From Dehalococcoidia bacterium (GTDB taxonomy: Bacteria > Chloroflexota > Dehalococcoidia > Plut-88900): a stretch of DNA of 64,000 nucleotides. Below are positions 21,283 to 31,668 of the stretch, one piece after another. Where the stretch lies: positions 768,001 through 832,000 of the forward strand of contig CBDBLV010000004.1 of the NCBI GenBank assembly GCA_965207225.1, in the 5' to 3' direction. Position 1 is the stretch's first letter. Each line of letters starts with the position of its first letter. A program made the position numbers and the translations under genes. Under the pieces are notes generated by a model. The model searched no databases. It saw nothing but the letters and a program-made list of their open reading frames with translations, and had not been told where the DNA came from.

Positions 21283-21605
21283 TGTCCACTCCCCATCGAA
21301 TCGCCCACCGGCGCTTTGTCCACTTTCGTAGCTGCGGCTGTCCTGTAGGGATGGAACGAGCCCCGGAATCGAATCGCTTGCTCTGATGTGGCAGGTTGCC
21401 CTATTCACCCCGGTTTCAGCTACGAAATCGCTCTCCCCGCAAGTTGTCGTTCCAATCGATCCCCTGTACACGGGTAGTACACCACAACGGGCGTTCCAAA
21501 TATCAGGCCTCGCGAGGGGGGCCTCTACGCGATCCCGGGCGCGTCCGCGATCCCCTCGCACGCGCCATGCCTGAGTCGAGAGACAGGTCCGCCGTGCCCG
21601 GCACA
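20840..21605. repeat. Long direct repeat A, copy 1 (about 760 bp)
   Basis: Near-identical by eye to 36858-37615. The upstream part recurs at about 38290-38600 and in degenerate form at about 22070-22190. Confidence 0.9.
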
Positions 21606-22344
21606 GCCCCATCCAGCGCGACGCTCGGCAGACCCGATTCGTTCTTGGTCGCGAATGCTGTGCGGGGCGAGGGTCCTATCGTGTTCCCTGGGAGTTGGAG
21701 CCAGAACAACCATCTCGCTGATACACCGGAGGGCAGACGCCGAGACGCGACGACTCAGACGACCAGTGGTCGGCGTTGAGAGCCCTGTCGAGGAATGGGA
21801 TGAGAAGAGACAGGGATAGGAACATATGAACGAACCAACGGGCAACGGCCTGAATCGCTGGAGCTTGGCCCTAGGCCATCCGTAGAGGCTGACGATTGGG
21901 ACTAAGCGACTGATGGCCCGGATTCAGGGTCTCATCCAACGCCATTTCCATACCGAAGTCCGAGATTCATAAAGTGCAATTCCCAAAGCTGGCTCTGCAC
22001 ACTTCACGCCTGTTTCTCTGATTGCACGTTGTCAGTTTCCAAATCTGAGACTGTCTAGCAGGGGTGCAAGGATCCCCGGAATCGAAATGCTTGCTCCAGT
22101 GTAGGAGGATATCCCGTTCACTCCGACTTCGGCATGTATCCAACCTGCCGTCCCAGAAGATCGTCTGTACACAGGTGATACACCGCCGACGGCTCACCGG
22201 AAGACTGGTACAATGAGAGGAGTCTGCACTGGCCCGGGTACGCACAGTGTGCCCCTCACGCACCTTGCGCTTTTGCTGGACAGCACGACGACCAAGGCGC
22301 ATCCGGGCGGACTGGCGTGCTGACAGAAAGGTCAATAATCCATA

Positions 22345-22760
22345 GGCAGGTCTCGTGGCGGGTTGACAACAAAGACCCGCATGGCGTCCTCATGTGAGCG
22401 TACACCGGTGATCTTTCCGTTGTATGGCGAACAGACTCACAACGCTCCCACAGGATTCAAGCTATTGGAACGGTGGGGACGATAGTGTGGGAGTCCGCAC
22501 ATAGCGAAGGACCGAGCCGTGCGACACATCAGTTGGCCTTGGGTCCGGGGCATTCAGTTGTTGTTCCCCCTCGCAGGAGTCGCCCGAAGTCGTGGGAGTA
22601 TGACTGGGAGTTGTACAGGAGGCCCAATGAGGTGGAGAGTCTGTTCGCAGAATGAAAGGCCTTCGTGGGATCTTCACTCGTTATGACAAGCATGAAGAGC
22701 TCTACATCGGATTCACCATCTTTGGACCCATCTGCGATGCGCTACGTAGTGTGAACCAAG
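22345..22760 (+). mobile_element. IS5-family (IS427-like) transposase remnant
   Basis: GRSRGGLTTK...VVPPRRSR...YDWELYRRPNEVESLF/RMKGLRGIFTRYDK, spread over broken frames. Confidence 0.75.
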
Positions 22761-22797
22761 CCTTAGTTCCAAGAGGCCTGATTGTCATCTCCTTCCC

Positions 22798-24234
22798 CTA
22801 CATAAAGAACCGGAACTGGTAGGGCGTGCGCCTTAGATTGGGCATCCGCTTGACCACGCGAGCGAGTACCTTGGCGTAGGACAGTGTAACGGGAAGGTCA
22901 TCGTATAGAGAGTCGTTGTTCCAATTCATTTTGGATAGTCCGAGTATAGCGAGGGCCGTCTCGTCCCATGAACCGTGTCCTGCGTGGCGGACCAAACGAA
23001 GTGGTCGAGGCGTACTCCTAGATCCTTTGAAGAAAGACCGTCCGTTGTTGCTGATACCATGCACATCGCCGTGAGTCCACAGCAACGCATCACGCGGCCC
23101 AAGGCCGACTAGAGTACCTCGTGTGACAGGGAACGGAGTGGGGCCCTCCTTGCGAGACATGCGTTGCCGATCGAAATTTACGCCGCGCCAGCCGACATCT
23201 TCGACGACCTGCACCAAGTCAACTGATTCGCAGAGATGGAACGCATCCATGCAGCCTTCTACTTCTTGCCACTTGAACTCGGTCGTCTTGTGGACTATTA
23301 CTCGACGGGGTGACCTTCCTGCATGGCGACGGCGGTACAGGTCCATCGACCGGGTCATCACCCGAAACATCTCGGTTTTTGATAGGAATGGGTTGCGCTG
23401 ACGGACCTCAAAGTCGTGCGTGTCGTAGGCGACGAACTCGATCCCAGCGCCCTCTGCGTCGAAAACCTGGCTACAGCACGTCACAAACCGGGAATTGCTC
23501 GAACTTTGCGGACGGATAGCATATGAAATCCCGATGTGAGCGGTCTCTGAATCTGTATCTGCCAATTTCCATGGTACTCCACCAGCCTTAGCGTAGAGCG
23601 CCAATCCAATACGCCACGCAACACTCGCTCTGCAGTTATAGGCCAGCGCCTTGTCTTCACGTATAATTTGAATCGGCATCCCTAGCGATGCCGTGGTAGC
23701 TTTCAGATGGTCATGAAGATCGAAGTCTTCGTCTGACTTTCCCTTGAAACCTATTTCACAACGTTTCGGGAGGTAGGCGAGGACGACGTCGAAGTCATTT
23801 CTTACAGCGTGTAGGCGCTGTATAGCCCGGACCAGACTTTCCGCTAGAACGACATGCGGTGTACTTGAACGACGCAGATCAGTGTCCAAGCCGTGATCGA
23901 GTTTGACATCGCAGTTACCACCCGCCAAGCTCAGCCGAAGTCTGAAGGCATTGCTAAATCCCGGCCAAGCCGGCAAGTAATCCCTCCGTTCAAGAGGATT
24001 GTGAGTGGAGTCTAATTCACTAATGAGGGCTTGTAGTCGCCCATGCTCTCCGCTCGGCACGATCGTTGCGATCCTAATAGGGTCAGGCACAAATCCGCTT
24101 GAAAATGGCCCGTGCCTCAACAGTCCTCTCAGGGGATGAGCTTCAGTGACCGAGGTTCCGTTCGGACGAAACAGCAGATTGGGCTCGGGTAGCCAGATGT
24201 GCGGAGCGATTTCCGGGGCTCTATTGCTCCTCAT
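22798..24234 (-). CDS. ago: Short prokaryotic Argonaute (MID-PIWI, catalytically inactive)
   Basis: DLHDHLKA...PIQII (MID), ALYAKAGGVPW, HIGISY (no catalytic Asp), IVHK, PRPL, LSKMNWN, LPVTL. Confidence 0.93.
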   Translation of the reverse strand: MRSNRAPEIAPHIWLPEPNLLFRPNGTSVTEAHPLRGLLRHGPFSSGFVPDPIRIATIVPSGEHGRLQALISELDSTHNPLERRDYLPAWPGFSNAFRLRLSLAGGNCDVKLDHGLDTDLRRSSTPHVVLAESLVRAIQRLHAVRNDFDVVLAYLPKRCEIGFKGKSDEDFDLHDHLKATTASLGMPIQIIREDKALAYNCRASVAWRIGLALYAKAGGVPWKLADTDSETAHIGISYAIRPQSSSNSRFVTCCSQVFDAEGAGIEFVAYDTHDFEVRQRNPFLSKTEMFRVMTRSMDLYRRRHAGRSPRRVIVHKTTEFKWQEVEGCMDAFHLCESVDLVQVVEDVGWRGVNFDRQRMSRKEGPTPFPVTRGTLVGLGPRDALLWTHGDVHGISNNGRSFFKGSRSTPRPLRLVRHAGHGSWDETALAILGLSKMNWNNDSLYDDLPVTLSYAKVLARVVKRMPNLRRTPYQFRFFM

Positions 24235-25973
24235 GCTCCCACTCTCCTTGAACCGGCGGTTCGTGAGGACAATCGGAACGCCGCGTCAATACCATCAGAT
24301 GTTCCAATCGCACGAAGTTCGTCGCCATTTTGAGAGAGATGCTTGGACCAGAAATCAATTATGTCGTTGAGTTTTATGTTGTATCTAGTGGCGGTTCGCT
24401 CGCGGGCGAAGTCAGATGCCGCAAACCGATTGGCGTCATCGATACCGTCGAAAACAATACGAGGCTCGAACAGCGTCCAGAGACGATCATTCGCCCAATC
24501 TAAACGGACACCAACGCCTTCACGCCAACGGAGTTGCGGAAGTCTTGGTACCGTTCCAGCAAGTGGCCCTACTATCTCTCTAAGGCGAGACCATTCCGCA
24601 TTCATCGGGTCACGTGGAGCAAGCAGGTCCGAGTGTCTCCGTCTGATCGCAGCCAAGCCACATTCCCTCTCCAGTGCACTTGTCTGGGCTTCACGTAATA
24701 GCCCTCGCTCTGTCGAATCATAGCGCTGCCGACGCTGGTCGAGGGCATAGATGTCGAAGCTCTCTACTCCAAACCGGTCGAAGGCAGTTTGGATGTCTGC
24801 GTCTGCTCCAAAGGCTAGTACACCATGCTGCGAGCGGACTGCAATTACGTTTACCCCAGCGTGCCTTACGGCCTCACGGACTTCAGCGGTACCGCCGATG
24901 TCGCAGGCTACGAGTCTGCAAACGCTGGGGGTCTTCTTCAATTCCAATGCGTTCAGACGGATTATTGGATGACCCATTCGCCCCCGTGGAATTGGTGCTG
25001 GACTCCAGACTTTCCGTGCTTGGGCAAACGTGTCCAACGCGGTTGTGTCCAGCCCACCAATCAAGCGAGTTAAATCCCGCATCACCTCATCGAAGTTATC
25101 GACTGACACGAGAGCCGCTTCTACCCCTGCATTCGGGGCGCGGTTCATAAGATGCGCAACGCGTGTCAACGGCGAATCGTCACCTCGATGTAACCAGAAT
25201 AGCCCCGCAGGGAATGTATTGGGTTCAGAAATAGCCAGTTCGATGGAGTCCATCACAGAATCATCACGACCGCTGTAACCAACTACCACGAGCCCATTCT
25301 GACGACAGGAATCCACCAACGCCTGCCTCATAGCCGAGTCCTGCTTTCTGAGTTCATCAGGTGTGTTCTTCAGCCTCCGAGAGCGGAAGTCACCGTGTAG
25401 CTTTACCTCCACAGGCCATCGCCCTTCCTGAATCGCCTCCAATGCACGACTGGAGGAATCCAGGTCGGCCGTCGTCAGATTGCCTGTACTGCCGAAGACC
25501 GTAGCGGAAGCGTCCGCCACCAACGCATCAAAATTGGTCGTCCACACGATTCGAGTCCGGTTCGCCTCCATAAGCGTCGCCAGCGCGATGTGGCCGTAGG
25601 AAGGTCTCGCGTCTGTTAACTTACCGTCCAGATAGGCCCTCCTGTCGGCCTCGGCAGGATAAACTTCCTCGAACAGCGCCGCATACTCGTCAGGGTCTCC
25701 CGGAGAAGGAAGCGTTCCCAGCGAATCAACATGGCTCTGGAGCCTATTGCGCACAATTGGATTGGACAGGTCGGCAACCTCATGGGGCGACACTCTACGC
25801 TGACTAACAAACAGTTGCTGTTTGAAATCCCAGATCATGTCTGCCGCAGTGGGTACGCCCGCCGCAGCCGACGCACCAGCGCCAAGGAGCCACATCAGAT
25901 TCTGAGCGCGCATGGAGAAGCGGCGCGCAAAGTCGTCGGCATCGATGTACGGCAGATTTGGTTGATGAATCAA
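24231..25973 (-). CDS. SIR2-APAZ NADase effector (SPARSA partner)
   Basis: LLGAGAS, TTNFD, KLHGDF, VVGYSGRDDS; C-terminal APAZ-like region ending RYN...IIDFW. Overlaps the Argonaute start by 4 bp. Confidence 0.9.
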   Translation of the reverse strand: MIHQPNLPYIDADDFARRFSMRAQNLMWLLGAGASAAAGVPTAADMIWDFKQQLFVSQRRVSPHEVADLSNPIVRNRLQSHVDSLGTLPSPGDPDEYAALFEEVYPAEADRRAYLDGKLTDARPSYGHIALATLMEANRTRIVWTTNFDALVADASATVFGSTGNLTTADLDSSSRALEAIQEGRWPVEVKLHGDFRSRRLKNTPDELRKQDSAMRQALVDSCRQNGLVVVGYSGRDDSVMDSIELAISEPNTFPAGLFWLHRGDDSPLTRVAHLMNRAPNAGVEAALVSVDNFDEVMRDLTRLIGGLDTTALDTFAQARKVWSPAPIPRGRMGHPIIRLNALELKKTPSVCRLVACDIGGTAEVREAVRHAGVNVIAVRSQHGVLAFGADADIQTAFDRFGVESFDIYALDQRRQRYDSTERGLLREAQTSALERECGLAAIRRRHSDLLAPRDPMNAEWSRLREIVGPLAGTVPRLPQLRWREGVGVRLDWANDRLWTLFEPRIVFDGIDDANRFAASDFARERTATRYNIKLNDIIDFWSKHLSQNGDELRAIGTSDGIDAAFRLSSRTAGSRRVGA

Positions 25974-26062
25974 ATCACTATTCTTCTTTCAGGTACTGTG
26001 GTAACCTGCGCTCTTCGTCAGCGCTGGCGGCTCCATCCTAAGACTTATACAGGAGGATAACT

Positions 26063-29000
26063 TCAGCTCTCCTTCTCGTCAGCGTTGCGATGGGCGCTGA
26101 GGTACTGGTCGAAGAGATGATTCTTGATCACTTCGCCAAAGGGCGGGTCGTTTGTGATCCGCTTGTATAGGTCGAAATTCAAATCGACGATCTCTTGGAT
26201 GATCTCCTCGACCTTGTGGTCGAAGGCGATGCGTATGTTCTCCAACGTGTTGACCTTAGCGGCCGCGTCCAGCGCGACGTCTTCTTCAAGCCGTTTCATC
26301 ATCCGACCAAGCGTAACGCGGTGTTCGGGCCCGAGTTCGATGCCGAAGCGCTCGTTGAGGTCGGCTATGATGCGAGAAAGAGCTTCCAAATCTTCCGGAC
26401 TGCTTTCGCGTAGGTCCTTCGTCCCCACGGGATCGAGTGCGCCAGCCTTGCCTTTCCGATCCAGTACGACCTTCCCGCTTCCGGTCCGCTGGATACGATA
26501 GGACTCCATATCGATGTTGTGCTGAATCTCCCGGGGCAACTCCTCCCCGTCGTGGGGCAGCAGCCGACGTAGATGACGGGCAAAGGCGTAGAGTTTCTCT
26601 AGTCCGACATCCGAGAATGGGAGGACCTGAGCTAGGAAGGAGTACAGCCGCACGTAGTCGGAGAGTTCGCCCCGGAATTCATGACGCTCGTCCTCATGCA
26701 TCTCCTTGAAGCGTTGGACCACAGGGGCGAGGGCGGAATAGAGGCGGTCCTGGGCGGAGTTGGCTCCGAAATAGATCGCTGCGAAGTCTTTCACATCCGT
26801 CTCAGTGAAGACAGGGAACTCTGCCATGCGGCCCTGTTTCTCGTATAGTAGGTTGGGATCGGTCGCTTCCGACAGAATGGTCGTCTCGTAGTAAGGCTCA
26901 AAGGACGCCCTGATGTCGTCGGACTCGTTGGCGAAGTCGAGCACCATCGTGCTCTGCTTCTCAGGGTGCGTGCGGTTCAGCCGCGAAAGGGTCTGCACCG
27001 CATTCACTCCGCCGAGCTTCTTGTCGAGGTACATCGTGTGCAGTAACGGCTGATTGAAGCCGGTCTGGAACTTGTTGGCTACGATCAAGAACCGGTACTC
27101 GGGGAGTTCGAAGGTATTGGCGGTCTGCGCCTCTGAGATAGCATTCATCCCAGACTCAGTGTAGGACTGACCGCCGTCTTGAACCATCCCTGAGAAAGCG
27201 ACTAGCGCCTTGAAGGGGTTCCCCAACTCCGCCAGATACCTGTCCAGAGCCAGCTTGTAACGTACAGCGTGTAGGCGGGAACGGGTGACTATCATGGCTT
27301 TCGCCCTACCGCCAATCTCACTTTGGGCGTTGCCGACAAAGTGATCGACCATGACCCGCACCTTCTGGTCGATGGCGTGCGGATGGAGGTCCACGAAAGA
27401 TCTGAGCAGGTAGTCCGCCTTGTTCCTATCGTATCGCGGATCTTCTTCGATTTTCTTGATGAGCCGCCAATAGACCTTGTACGTAGTGTAGCTCTCCAGT
27501 ACGTCGCGGATGAATCCTTCCTCGATTGCCTGTCTCATACTGTAAAGATGGAAGGGCGCGAACGACCCGTCAGGCTGCTTGTTCCCGAAGAGCTCAAGTG
27601 TCTTGGACTTGGGCGTGGCGGTAAATGCAAAGGTCGATACGTTGGGGAGGTGCTTTCGCTTTTCCATCTCCGCCAGAACCAAGTTGTCGAGTTCTTCCTC
27701 CGGGGTCTGGGCTTCCGTCTCCTCCGACTCGGCCTCGTCGAGGGACGGGGCGGCGAGCACGGACTTTAGACCCTTCGTACTCTCGCCTGATTGGGAAGAG
27801 TGCGCTTCGTCGACGATCAGGGCAAAACGCCTGCCCGGAAGTTCCCCGATTTCTTCAGCGATCACGGGGAACTTCTGAAGTGTGGTGACAATTATGGTCT
27901 TGCCACCTTCCAGTGCCTGCTTCAACTGCCGAGAGGTCCTGTCTATGTTCTCCACGACGCCCAGAGTCTGCTCGAACTGGCGCATCGCGCTCTGAAGCTG
28001 GCGGTCGAGTACGCGCCGGTCAGTAATCACGACAATCGAGTCGAAGACGCGCCGGTCGCTGGCGTCGTGAAGGGTCGAAAGCTGATGGGCGAGCCACGCG
28101 ATGGTGAAGGTCTTGCCACTGCCCGCAGAGTGCTGTATCAGGTAACGCTGCCCCGCGCCCTGAAACCGCGCATCAGCCACCAACCTCCGAACGCAATCAA
28201 GCTGCTGGTAGCGCGGGAAGATGAGGAAGCGCCTACCATTCCTCCTTCCTTGATCGCCTTCCTCATGTACCTCATGGATGAACCGGCGTACCAGCTCAAG
28301 CACGCTTTCAGGCGCCCAAGTTTCCTCCCAGAGGTAGGATGTTGGGTAGCCGTTCTGGGTCGGCGAGACAGGCGGATTGCCGGCCCCTCCGAACTTGCCT
28401 CGGTTGAAGGGAAGGAAGCGCGTTTCAGGCCCAGCCAGTCTGGTAGTCACGTAGATGAGATCTGGGTCCACGGCGAAGTGGGCGAGGCAACGCCCAGGTG
28501 CAAGCAACGGTTCCCTCGGGTCGCGGTCGATCCTGTATTGGCGGATAGCGTCCACGACGGTCTGGCCCGTCAGTGGGTTCTTGAGCTCAGCGGTGAAGAT
28601 AGGGATGCCGTTTAGAAATAGCGCGAGGTCAAGGCTCCTGTTGCTCTTCTCGCTGTAGTGAAGCTGCCGGACAACCGAAAAGAGGTTCGCGGCGTGCAGA
28701 CGTTTGGTCTCCTCGTTCAACCCGCTGGCTGGCCGGAAAAATGCGAGTTGAAACTTGCATCCCATGTCCCGGATTCCTGTACGGAGCACATCGAGCGCGC
28801 CCCTGCGCCCGATCTCGGACGCTAGACGCTTTAGAAACCGCTCCTCGACCGCCGTTCCGTGATGCTCGGCAAGTCTCTTCCACTCACGCGGCTGGGTTGC
28901 TAGAACGAAGTCCAGCGCGTCACGTTGGATGAGGCAGAGGGTCTTGTCGTAATTCTCGGTGCTGCGTTTCGAGTATCCACCAGACGGCACATCTACGTAG

Positions 29001-29092
29001 GAATGTCGCTCCTCAGCGACCATGCCGTCACGCTGGAGCAAGGCCGCCACTATGGCGTCCTCAAACGCCCGCTCTGAAACGTCTGCGCTCAC
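26063..29092 (-). CDS. hsdR: Type I restriction endonuclease subunit R
   Basis: D...NGIPIFTAELKN nuclease motif, QHSAGSGKT, DEAHSSQ, FTATP, QTLSRLNR. Confidence 0.96.
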   Translation of the reverse strand: MSADVSERAFEDAIVAALLQRDGMVAEERHSYVDVPSGGYSKRSTENYDKTLCLIQRDALDFVLATQPREWKRLAEHHGTAVEERFLKRLASEIGRRGALDVLRTGIRDMGCKFQLAFFRPASGLNEETKRLHAANLFSVVRQLHYSEKSNRSLDLALFLNGIPIFTAELKNPLTGQTVVDAIRQYRIDRDPREPLLAPGRCLAHFAVDPDLIYVTTRLAGPETRFLPFNRGKFGGAGNPPVSPTQNGYPTSYLWEETWAPESVLELVRRFIHEVHEEGDQGRRNGRRFLIFPRYQQLDCVRRLVADARFQGAGQRYLIQHSAGSGKTFTIAWLAHQLSTLHDASDRRVFDSIVVITDRRVLDRQLQSAMRQFEQTLGVVENIDRTSRQLKQALEGGKTIIVTTLQKFPVIAEEIGELPGRRFALIVDEAHSSQSGESTKGLKSVLAAPSLDEAESEETEAQTPEEELDNLVLAEMEKRKHLPNVSTFAFTATPKSKTLELFGNKQPDGSFAPFHLYSMRQAIEEGFIRDVLESYTTYKVYWRLIKKIEEDPRYDRNKADYLLRSFVDLHPHAIDQKVRVMVDHFVGNAQSEIGGRAKAMIVTRSRLHAVRYKLALDRYLAELGNPFKALVAFSGMVQDGGQSYTESGMNAISEAQTANTFELPEYRFLIVANKFQTGFNQPLLHTMYLDKKLGGVNAVQTLSRLNRTHPEKQSTMVLDFANESDDIRASFEPYYETTILSEATDPNLLYEKQGRMAEFPVFTETDVKDFAAIYFGANSAQDRLYSALAPVVQRFKEMHEDERHEFRGELSDYVRLYSFLAQVLPFSDVGLEKLYAFARHLRRLLPHDGEELPREIQHNIDMESYRIQRTGSGKVVLDRKGKAGALDPVGTKDLRESSPEDLEALSRIIADLNERFGIELGPEHRVTLGRMMKRLEEDVALDAAAKVNTLENIRIAFDHKVEEIIQEIVDLNFDLYKRITNDPPFGEVIKNHLFDQYLSAHRNADEKES

Positions 29093-30450
29093 GCTGTCTC
29101 CTCTCGAACGTCGATCCTACCAGTGACCACCGCCTCAATGAGGGCGGTACGAAGTTCCTCCAGATATTTGATCGCGTCTCTGACTCTCGCTATGGGCGCG
29201 TCGAGCTTTGCCGCCCCTCTGTCGAGATGGCAAACAATTGCTCGCTGTTCCAGCATTGGAGGCCTTGCCAAAACCAGATCTCCGATCTGCTCGAAGTTGA
29301 GAGCGTCTCGAGAGACACCATTCTCGTTGTTGAATATCTGGTCTTGCATTGAATATGATTCTATGGAGTAGGCCAAGAACGAGGGAGAATCTCGTCGCTG
29401 GTCTAGTCGAACGATGCACACGTGTTGGTTCACATTGGCAGTCGATGCATCTAGGTGGGCTGCACAGCATCGGCCTAGTGATGCACCTGTGATATTCAAA
29501 AGCACATCGTCTTCTTTAACTCGACTACGAGCCATCTCAGTGTCTGTCGCAGCATCAATGTAGACGACATCGTTGAGGCGCAGTCCTCCAAAATGCACAT
29601 TCTGGCTGCGAATCAACATAATCCCCTCATCTACATAGACTTCTGCACCGCCCTTAGGCGTCTTGCCGCTTCCTATCTTCTCAGCCAGATGCTTCATGCG
29701 CTTCACCTCCCAGTGCACAGGTATCTCACCCAGCCACTCAACGCCAGAGTCTTTCATAGGCACGTCGAGGTCGAGGCCCTTGGTGACGGCGCGGCTAATG
29801 AGGGCGGTGCGCTTCTCCTGAAGCAGCTCAATCAACCGCTGTTTCTTCACTATTAAGGAGTCGATCTTCGCCGTCTCCCTGTCGAGGAAGGCGACGATGG
29901 CGCGTTGCTCTGCTACAGGTGGGATAGGGTGTCTTAGATCCTCAATAAACGACTCCGGTACACGCTTTTGCCCTCCAGCACCGTACATTTCGGCTTCGCC
30001 GAGCTTGCGGAAGGATTTACTAAAGGTCAGGTAGAAGGCGAACCTATTGTCAAGCCCCGATCTACATCTCATCACGTGGAGTTCGGTCGTGCCAAAGGCG
30101 ATCCCATTTAGAAGTCCTTCCGCTAGGGAGCCCTTCCCATTTTCAAAACATGGAGTGATCTTCGCAACTAGGACGTCACCATCACTGAAGTAGGTATAGC
30201 CTTTAGTTACGTCGGCGAGTTCTCGTGACAGCGATAGATCCAAGCCGCCATATTCACCAATTGCCTTCATTGGAACAAAGGAAACTTCCATATCTGGGGC
30301 CAGTCTCCGTACCTCCGACACACTTGGATTTAGGTCGGCAGCATACTTCAACCTCAACACCTTCCAGTGTGTCGGAATCTCTCCCAGCCATCCGACGCCG
30401 GAGTCCCTGTAGGCCGGATAAGGTTTGTGTTCTGCAGTTAGAGTCGCCAT
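29089..30450 (-). CDS. hsdS: Type I R-M specificity subunit S
   Basis: Two DSGVxWLGEIPxHW repeats, two target recognition domains and PP..EQRAIV spacers. Confidence 0.96.
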   Translation of the reverse strand: MATLTAEHKPYPAYRDSGVGWLGEIPTHWKVLRLKYAADLNPSVSEVRRLAPDMEVSFVPMKAIGEYGGLDLSLSRELADVTKGYTYFSDGDVLVAKITPCFENGKGSLAEGLLNGIAFGTTELHVMRCRSGLDNRFAFYLTFSKSFRKLGEAEMYGAGGQKRVPESFIEDLRHPIPPVAEQRAIVAFLDRETAKIDSLIVKKQRLIELLQEKRTALISRAVTKGLDLDVPMKDSGVEWLGEIPVHWEVKRMKHLAEKIGSGKTPKGGAEVYVDEGIMLIRSQNVHFGGLRLNDVVYIDAATDTEMARSRVKEDDVLLNITGASLGRCCAAHLDASTANVNQHVCIVRLDQRRDSPSFLAYSIESYSMQDQIFNNENGVSRDALNFEQIGDLVLARPPMLEQRAIVCHLDRGAAKLDAPIARVRDAIKYLEELRTALIEAVVTGRIDVREETA

Positions 30451-30480
30451 CGCGCAATCAATTCCTGGAGGGGTGATGAA

Positions 30481-31059
30481 TCACAACAGAGATGTGAGTG
30501 CTGGGAGCACAGGTACAAGAATGGATATGTGATCCGCTGCGGCAGCTACGAAATCTCTGTAGGCTCTTGTGAAGTCGCCTGTGGCTCGACTACGTTCCAT
30601 ATCGTCTACTAATTCGAGCAGAACTTCAAGATCAGGTGAATCAGCTGCAAACTCACGTAGTAGGTCGCGAAGTTGTGAGAACAACTGCTCTGGCTGGCTA
30701 CTGATGGTGTTCTGCGATCGATCGCTCGAGTAGAGGTTCACTCTTGCCTGAGGGCTATGTGAAACTTGCAGGTTGACACTGCTCGGTTGAAGTTGGTGCT
30801 GTTGGACTCCTTCGCGCCGATAGTCAATCTCATAAAAGTCTCGAATTCCGCCGTTACCTTTCCACACTTGAAAGTCCGTGACCAGTAAGACTTCTCTCTG
30901 ACCGCTAGGCAACTCGCGCTCGATTCTATCGCCTATGGACAGAGGGATCGTGACGTCATTTATGAAGATTTGCCCTTTCTGGACGGATGCACGAACGTTC
31001 TCGTGCTTGCTTCCGTCCTCGTGCAGCACCGTGACGATGTCTTTCATCAGACTTCTCAT
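30481..31059 (-). CDS. Hypothetical protein: beta-rich N-domain, low-complexity linker, helical C-domain
   Basis: RBS GAGG before the ATG at 31059; co-oriented inside the R-M locus. Confidence 0.7.
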   Translation of the reverse strand: MRSLMKDIVTVLHEDGSKHENVRASVQKGQIFINDVTIPLSIGDRIERELPSGQREVLLVTDFQVWKGNGGIRDFYEIDYRREGVQQHQLQPSSVNLQVSHSPQARVNLYSSDRSQNTISSQPEQLFSQLRDLLREFAADSPDLEVLLELVDDMERSRATGDFTRAYRDFVAAAADHISILVPVLPALTSLL

Positions 31060-31084
31060 CTCAGTTCCTCCCGGGGATGGTGCG

Positions 31085-31654
31085 TTAGTCTGTCCAGCCT
31101 TCAGAGCATTTGCGCCGAGTCCAATTCCGGCCAAATGACCTTCTCGCATTATCCGGTGGAGCTCCCTGTCTACGGATGAATGCTCGATGGATCCACTCAG
31201 CAATCTGAGCCGGCGTCCATGGCTGTGGCCATCTATGAATTAGTGCATATGGATCGCTGCCCCGGCAGTTGTCTGCCAGCCTGGGAGGCATCAGTCGTGA
31301 GTTGTAGGTCCGTTTGCGGAAATCTGGATGGTTAGGGAGCAAGATACCGATGAGGCCGCATCTGGAGTTCTTCTTCGTCTTCCGTATGCTGGCGCCTATC
31401 TCCCAGTCCACATGCTTCCTCTGCCATGTGCAGGGACCGATTAGCACAATCGTGACTGACGCATCTCTGATGTACCCGTCGCGTATCTTCTGACGAATTG
31501 TGGTTGTCTTGAGTCCAGTGTCGTCGATGTTTCCTGTGTCAACTGATCTGTCAACTATGCGTTTTCCCATCATACGGACGAAGCACTCCTTGTATTCAAT
31601 GTCCTTCTCGTGAAAGCTAATGAACACCTTATGTATAGGCGTTTTGGCTGCCAT
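31085..31654 (-). CDS. ThsB-like TIR domain protein (DUF1863/MTH538-like)
   Basis: HKVFISFH...IRQKIRDGYIRDASVTIVLIG..TWQRKHVDWEI (catalytic Glu present)...PPRL. Confidence 0.88.
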   Translation of the reverse strand: MAAKTPIHKVFISFHEKDIEYKECFVRMMGKRIVDRSVDTGNIDDTGLKTTTIRQKIRDGYIRDASVTIVLIGPCTWQRKHVDWEIGASIRKTKKNSRCGLIGILLPNHPDFRKRTYNSRLMPPRLADNCRGSDPYALIHRWPQPWTPAQIAEWIHRAFIRRQGAPPDNARRSFGRNWTRRKCSEGWTD

Positions 31655-31668
31655 GATTCTGCTCCCGA

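Noticed and set aside
21283-21612. Long N-terminal extension of the 401-aa ORF (and of the 274-aa ORF at 37604)
   Set aside because: It overlaps conserved promoter-like motifs, and the two copies have different upstream starts; probably non-coding.
22798-24234. Argonaute as an active slicer nuclease
   Set aside because: The catalytic tetrad is absent (GIS, VHK) and there are no N or PAZ domains.
24231-31654. SIR2 protein as the ThsA partner of the TIR gene (canonical Thoeris)
   Set aside because: The SIR2 is fused to an APAZ-like region and coupled to Argonaute; no SLOG domain is seen.
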